From Candidatus Bathyarchaeota archaeon (GTDB lineage: Archaea; Thermoproteota; Bathyarchaeia; Bathyarchaeales; Bathycorpusculaceae): a stretch of DNA of 64,000 bases. The notes under the pieces are model-generated. The model worked only from the letters and a program-made list of their open reading frames with translations. It searched no databases and was not told where the DNA came from. Below are positions 58,379-64,000 of the stretch, piece by piece. The DNA is taken from the NCBI GenBank assembly GCA_963767735.1, contig CAVYES010000003.1, positions 66,986 to 130,985 of the forward strand, written 5' to 3'. Every line of letters starts with the position of its first letter. Position 1 is the stretch's first letter. The position numbers were made by a program, and so were the translations under genes.

Positions 58379-59518
58379 ATGAAAGAAAATGTGGTATATC
58401 GAACTGCTTTCCCTGTTTTTGATGATGAAAGTGTTCGAAAAATCCTAGTAGATATGGAGTCTACATTGAGAAGTGGTGTATTAACAAACGGATTACACAC
58501 TAAAGAATTTGAGCGAAAATTTGCTGCCTACATTCAAACTAATTATGCGGTTGCTGTTAATTCGGGGACTTCAAACCTTGAAATTGCCCTACGATATTTT
58601 GGTGTCAAAAACTCTGAAGTGATAGTTCCCACAAACACTTTCATAGCTACAGCTAACTCGGTTTTGTTTGCTGGCGGCAAGCCGGTTTTTGCTGATATGC
58701 AGGAAGACACATTATGTGTCGACCCACTTGACGTTGAACGCCGAATTTCGTCAAAAACTGTTGGAGTTATCGTAGTTCATATTGCAGGTTTAGTGTGCCC
58801 CCAAATTCAGGAGCTTTCTAACTTATGCAAAGATCACGGCTTGTTTCTTATCGAAGATTGCGCTCATGCGCATGGCGCTATGATTAATGGTTCGAAAGCT
58901 GGTGCTCTGAGTGATGCGGGTTGTTTTTCTTTTTATCCTACAAAGATAATGACCACAGGTGAAGGAGGAATGATTACTACAGATAATTCTGGTTTAGCTG
59001 AAGCTGCTCGTATGATGCGAAATCATGGCCAGAACTCGCAGTCACTCATGGTTACTTTTGGTCACAATTGGTGCACGAGTGAGATCAACGCTATACTTGG
59101 CGAGCATCAACTCGAGAATTTGGAGTTTTTTGTTGCTCGACGCAACAAGCTTGCTCAAATTTACGATGAATGCTTGCTTAATGTTGAAGGTGTTTCTTCA
59201 ATCACAAAGCCATCTAACGTAAGGCATAGCTATTACAAATACACCGTAAAACTTGACAAGGGCATTAACGTGGAAAAGGTTAGCAAGATGTTGAAAGCGG
59301 ATTATAATATTGAAACGGGGCATCTCTATTATCCTCCAGTTCACCTTCATCCTTATTATAGAGAAAACTTTGGGACCCGCGAAGGAATGTTTCCAATTGC
59401 GGAGGATGTTTTGCCAAGAGTGCTCTGTTTGCCATTACATGTTGCGATAGCCGAAGAAAGTGTGCCCCACATAGTTAAAGCTCTTGATACCTGTATTCAG
59501 GCCTCAAAAGCAACGTAG
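58379..59518 (+). CDS. DegT/DnrJ/EryC1/StrS sugar aminotransferase
   Basis: VNSGT, IEDCAHAHG and FSFYPTKIMTTGEGG (PLP-binding Lys). Confidence 0.95.
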   Translation: MKENVVYRTAFPVFDDESVRKILVDMESTLRSGVLTNGLHTKEFERKFAAYIQTNYAVAVNSGTSNLEIALRYFGVKNSEVIVPTNTFIATANSVLFAGGKPVFADMQEDTLCVDPLDVERRISSKTVGVIVVHIAGLVCPQIQELSNLCKDHGLFLIEDCAHAHGAMINGSKAGALSDAGCFSFYPTKIMTTGEGGMITTDNSGLAEAARMMRNHGQNSQSLMVTFGHNWCTSEINAILGEHQLENLEFFVARRNKLAQIYDECLLNVEGVSSITKPSNVRHSYYKYTVKLDKGINVEKVSKMLKADYNIETGHLYYPPVHLHPYYRENFGTREGMFPIAEDVLPRVLCLPLHVAIAEESVPHIVKALDTCIQASKAT

Positions 59519-59556
59519 ACGCCACTTTTTCTCCGGTTCCATTGGGAAGGAAGTAA

Positions 59557-60258
59557 TTGAGAATGATTACATCTGGGCATCAGCCAAATTATCTGCCGTA
59601 TCTCGGCTTTTTTGATAAAATGGCCCAATGTGATGTATTTGTAATTCAGGATAATGTTCAGTACGAGAGGCATGATTTTCAAAATAGGAATCAAATAAAG
59701 ACGGTAAAGGGCGCAACGTGGTTGTCGGTTCCTGTGGAACACATGGGTGAGACCTTGCCGTTCAAGGATATTAGGATTGCTAAACGTTTAGAGTCGGAGT
59801 GGGGGATGCACCACTGGCGGGTTCTGGAGTTAAACTACGAGCGGGCACCTTACTGGAAGCAATATCGTGACTTTTTTGAGCAAACCTACCGCCAAAAGTG
59901 GGAATCTCTTATGGGTCTTAACCTTCATCTCATAAAGGGCATAATGAAATTTCTTAGAATAAAAACTTCTTTAGTAATGGCTTCATCATTAAATGCACCA
60001 GGAAAATCCTCTGACATGATTCTTGCTCAATGCAAATCAGTTGGGGCTGATGTTTATCTTTCAGGAATTGGCGGACGAGTATACTTAGACATCCCACTTT
60101 TAGAGAACGCAGGGATCAAAGTGGTCTTCCAAGATTTTCATTATCCCGTCTATACGCAATTGCACGGAACATTTGTGCCCAATCTTTCTATAGTTGATTA
60201 TCTTTTTTGCCATGGCGGAGAAGACTGGAAGCCACAGCCGACGTTTAATACCGACTAG
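59557..60258 (+). CDS. WbqC-family protein
   Basis: HQPNYLPYLGFFDK, QNRNQIK, YLSG and NLSIVDYLF. Confidence 0.9.
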   Translation: MRMITSGHQPNYLPYLGFFDKMAQCDVFVIQDNVQYERHDFQNRNQIKTVKGATWLSVPVEHMGETLPFKDIRIAKRLESEWGMHHWRVLELNYERAPYWKQYRDFFEQTYRQKWESLMGLNLHLIKGIMKFLRIKTSLVMASSLNAPGKSSDMILAQCKSVGADVYLSGIGGRVYLDIPLLENAGIKVVFQDFHYPVYTQLHGTFVPNLSIVDYLFCHGGEDWKPQPTFNTD

Positions 60259-60439
60259 TGAAGGGAACTATCATGGAAAGGCACAGCTGGGAGTTTTTCC
60301 TATATCGTGAACGATCTGTTGACTTGAAGTTCAACAGAGCTTGGCCGCATGGGTGAAATGACTATCTGCTGAGGAACGATATTACGTGGTCTGGAATATC
60401 ATATATTAGTTATTGATTAAAAATATAATGAGGTGTTAA

Positions 60440-61069
60440 ATGGTGGTTTTAAGATCTGATGTCTTAATTGCGGTGGGAGCGCACCCTGACGATATTGAAC
60501 TGGGTTGCGGAGGAACAATAAAGGCGGCTACAGCGACAGGAAAAAAGGTAATAGCAATCTATTTGACTAAAGGAGAAGAAAGTGGAAATCCCGATACAAG
60601 ACTCTGTGAAAGCAAAAAAGCCCTATCGATTCTGGGGGTAAACGATGTTTTTTTTGGCGATTTCAAAGATACCGAAATTCCCAGTTCGCACACAGCCATC
60701 AAGTTCTTAGAGGACTTTTATGATAAATACCAACCAGACACAATTTTAACTCATACAACCCACGATACTCACCAAGACCATCGCCAAATAGCGTGGCTAT
60801 CCTTAGCTGCATTTAGAAACGTATCCAAACTGCTTGCTTATGAGACTCCCAGAGCTACGGGTGAATTTTCTCCAAACTATTTTATTGACATCTCAAATTA
60901 CATTCAATTTAAGTGGGAAGCACTAAAATGCCATCTCACGCAAAAATCCAAAAGGTATCTTAATTACGAATCAATGATTAATCTTTCCTCTTACAGAGGA
61001 AGCCAAGTAGGCCTTCACGCAGCTGAAGCTTACGAAGTAATAAGATACGTAGATAAAATAAAACTTTAA
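60440..61069 (+). CDS. PIG-L/LmbE-family de-N-acetylase
   Basis: GAHPDDIELGCGGT, HQDH and HLTQ. Confidence 0.92.
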   Translation: MVVLRSDVLIAVGAHPDDIELGCGGTIKAATATGKKVIAIYLTKGEESGNPDTRLCESKKALSILGVNDVFFGDFKDTEIPSSHTAIKFLEDFYDKYQPDTILTHTTHDTHQDHRQIAWLSLAAFRNVSKLLAYETPRATGEFSPNYFIDISNYIQFKWEALKCHLTQKSKRYLNYESMINLSSYRGSQVGLHAAEAYEVIRYVDKIKL

Positions 61070-61325
61070 CAAGCTGATGCAAGCTGGAACCGCTGGTGCC
61101 AGCAAAAACCGCATAATGTTCCAGACAACCCCGAATACAGAATTTTCGGTAAGCACTTAGAGTTAGCTGTCGAAAATGGTTCATGACCTTGAAATTCCGA
61201 ATTACGAAGTAACTAAAACAGGCATGAAGCAAACTTTTTGATAAAAAATGCTCAAAAACATCATATCTTCTACAAAATCAAAAAATAACAAAATCTCTTG
61301 ACGTTAACAACATTTAGCTCGGAGG

Positions 61326-61847
61326 TTGGAAGGAATAAACAAATACTTCAAATTTCTTATTGCTACCGTGATGTTTTTCTTAGCGCTATGCTCTTGCCTT
61401 TACAGCGAGCATTACGTTTTTGCCCAAACTGATCAAAATGCGTCGAACCTTCAGGCAGCAAACACTGCTATAGAACAGGCTTTCAACGCTGTTTACGACG
61501 CTGAAAAAGCAGGCGCAAACGTTACAGGCCTACTGGCTCAGTTAAATGCTGCCGAGGCTGACTTGGCTCAAGCAGAAAACACTTACCGGACCGGAGATTT
61601 CAACATAGCCATAGCGCAGGCAAATAGCGTACTCCCAATTGCTCAACAAGTCACAACCGCTGCTCAAAACGCCAAACAAACCGCTACAGTTTCCGGAAAA
61701 AACGCCTTCTGGTCCACCATAGCATTTACGGTAATTGGTGCTTTCATATTCGTTTTGGCTTTGTTTCTGGTTTGGCGCCGAATCAAGCGGAGTTCTCTTA
61801 AGAGTTTATCTGAAGCAAAACCTGAGGCGAACAGCAATGAAGCTTGA
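61326..61847 (+). CDS. Exported Ala-rich helical protein with C-terminal membrane anchor
   Basis: Signal peptide, AEKAGANVTGLLAQLN helix bundle, transmembrane helix followed by RRIKR. Confidence 0.7.
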   Translation: MEGINKYFKFLIATVMFFLALCSCLYSEHYVFAQTDQNASNLQAANTAIEQAFNAVYDAEKAGANVTGLLAQLNAAEADLAQAENTYRTGDFNIAIAQANSVLPIAQQVTTAAQNAKQTATVSGKNAFWSTIAFTVIGAFIFVLALFLVWRRIKRSSLKSLSEAKPEANSNEA

Positions 61848-62454
61848 CGGCTACAAACTTATTTTTGTTGTTGTGGGCTTAATTGGAGTTTTGCTCATTG
61901 CAACTCCTGCGCTCGTTGACGTTATTCGTCTTCCTGGTATTCCGGGTGGCTCGCAATTTTCTGAGCTTTATCTTTTAGGTCCAGATCAAACCGCTACGAA
62001 TTACCCGTCTAACATTGCTGTCGGTATGAACTACTCCGTTTATGTAGATGTAGGAAACCAGTTGGGGTCTTCAGCTTACTACGTTTTGTATGTGAAGCTT
62101 GGTAATGAGACTGATCCATTACCGAATAATGCCCTTGGGACACCGAGTTCTCTTCCGCCCTTGTATGAATATAGGTTTTCCATTCAGAATAGCATCTATT
62201 GGGAAAGTCTCTTGAATTTTTCAATTTCTAGCGCTTTAATTTCAGGAACTAGTTCACAGATCAACACTCTACAAATAAACGGCGTTGCATTTAATGTAGA
62301 TAAGCCCGCCATGTGGAATTCTAACAGCACTACATTCACATATCGACTTTTTTTTGAATTATGGATTTATAATGCTCAATCTAACCAAATCGAATATAAC
62401 AACCGTTATGTACGTCTTCAACTTAATCTAACAAGTAATGCATATTCTGGTTAG
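61837..62454 (+). CDS. DUF1616-like membrane-anchored protein
   Basis: N-terminal transmembrane helix, FSELYLLGP....NYP, VGNQLG...YYVLYVKL and RLFFELW. Confidence 0.72.
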   Translation: MKLDGYKLIFVVVGLIGVLLIATPALVDVIRLPGIPGGSQFSELYLLGPDQTATNYPSNIAVGMNYSVYVDVGNQLGSSAYYVLYVKLGNETDPLPNNALGTPSSLPPLYEYRFSIQNSIYWESLLNFSISSALISGTSSQINTLQINGVAFNVDKPAMWNSNSTTFTYRLFFELWIYNAQSNQIEYNNRYVRLQLNLTSNAYSG

Positions 62455-62554
62455 AATATTTTAGGCTCCAAATATTATGCGTCGCTATATTTTGCCAATT
62501 TTAGGTGAGAACTCAACGATGTGTGCCATTGTTCAAATTTTGGGAGGCGCATAG

Positions 62555-63797
62555 GTGAAGATTTGCATGTTGGCTCCTGAATTTCCTCCTGTCTGGGGAG
62601 GGGTAGGCACATATACCTTTGAGTTGACGAGGCATTTGCCTAAAAATGTTGAGATTCATGTTTTGACTCCCAGACGGGAAAGTTTTGGTAAACAGAAGGT
62701 GTTACCGAATGGTATCAATCAGCTTGAGCATCTTGGGAATAACGTGTATATTCATTATATTTCTGAAGCCCACGATTCTTTTATGTATAATGCGGAATTT
62801 CAAATTGCCTGTCTTAGGAAAGCTCCTAAGATTATTAAAGAAGAAAAAATTGATGTCATTCATTCGCATCAGGCTCATATGCCTGATCTGTTGCTAATGC
62901 TTCGAAAACTACCCGCCAACATTGTTACTACCGTTCATACAACAATAAAATTTCAAAGGACAGCGACTACGGCATCCCACCGAATATAAGTGAGCTTGAA
63001 AATTCAGAAAAAGCGACGTATTACTTGTATCCTTTTCTTAGAGTCGCAGAAGAACTATATGTTAAACGAAACAGAACTTACGTTACTCCTTCTTTTTATA
63101 TGGCAAAATGGTTAAAAGAAAATTTTTCCATTGCTTCAAATGTTAATGTTATTCCAAACTGCGTAGATGTGCTTGATGATCAAACGCACGGTAAATCTGA
63201 TTTATTGATAAAAACAATAATTCCCGAAGACTTTCTTGATAAAAGAATAATTCTTTATTCTGGACGACTTTTGGCGATGAAGGGCGTTGACGATTTGGTT
63301 GATGCGATTCCTGAGATTTCAAATGCTATCGGAAAGAATGAACTTCTTTTCATCTTTGCAGGTCCCGGCGATTCTAGCAAATATCGTCAGAAACTTGATA
63401 AATTAAATGTCAAATCTGCTTATTTATTTACAGGTTCATTACCACGGGAAAGTCTCATCAAACTTATTCGGAGATCCAAGAACTTGCAGTTGTACCTAGT
63501 TACAATGAGAATTGCCCCTATGCGGTTTTGGAATCTATGGCTTGTGGAACACCGGTGGTTGCTTCAAATGTCGGTGGAATTCCCGAAATAATTACTGATG
63601 GAGTTGATGGGTTGCTTGTAGAGGCTGGTCATCCGGATATGTTGGCAAATGCAATTGCTCGGCTTTTGTCCGACAAGTCTCTGAAGAACCTTCTTGGTCA
63701 ACGGGCTAAATCAAAAATTGCTAATAAATTTTCTTGGCAGGCTAACATTTCAAAATACTTACAGTGCTACTCTGAGGCATCAACTTTAAGCAGCTAA
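62555..63797 (+). CDS. Family 4 glycosyltransferase split by frameshifts near 62985 and 63480
   Basis: APEFPPVWGGVG, YSGRL..KGV and ENCPYAVLESMACGTPVVASNVGGIPE lie in successive frames. Confidence 0.87.
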
Positions 63798-64000
63798 AAT
63801 CGAAACAAACTACTGTGTTTGCGTTCTCTCATCGTTCTGTCTCATCGTAGAGTTCATACATGAATTCATGTTCGGATTTTAACTGGTGTACCAAACAGAT
63901 TAAAACACCTTTTTACAAAATTCAAACACCTCTTCCACCAAATCAAACACAAGAACTTTTGCAGGGATACCGTTTTCAATTTAAATATTTTCTTAACTTT

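Overview
Archaeal chromosomal segment. Gene content points to Bathyarchaeia (TACK): a NitrOD5/PAS-kinase signalling locus, a cdvB-cdvA-cdvB-cdvC ESCRT cluster, LipS2, a DHPS-like gene with DUF447, and a CBS-HPF protein. This taxon call is inference, not a database result. Gene order: nucS (partial), pdaD, two divergent multi-PAS histidine kinases with a receiver, tandem Lrp, cdc6-wHTH-moaCBA, two AbrB-PIN toxin-antitoxin pairs, an Lhr-like helicase, apgM, tatA, a complete IS1182 (terminal IRs and 4-bp target duplication), a repeat-flanked HEPN/DUF4209-like gene, the Cdv cluster, a large Ig-like surface protein, radical SAM genes, pyrDK, and the start of a glycosylation cluster. No rRNA, tRNA, CRISPR array, integrase or reverse transcriptase was seen. 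Many conserved genes carry single-base frameshifts, probably sequencing errors, so pseudogene calls need caution. The main unexplained signals are: (1) four dispersed copies of a conserved ~59-bp leader, each followed by a different 10-bp-period tandem array and the remnant of a tandem-AbrB-like MPLT gene; (2) a 127-bp near-identical, in-frame inverted repeat shared by the two kinases; (3) ~110-bp structured repeats bracketing the HEPN-like gene; (4) one coiled-coil module shared by the cytoplasmic tail of the surface protein and two small nearby proteins, beside the ESCRT locus.
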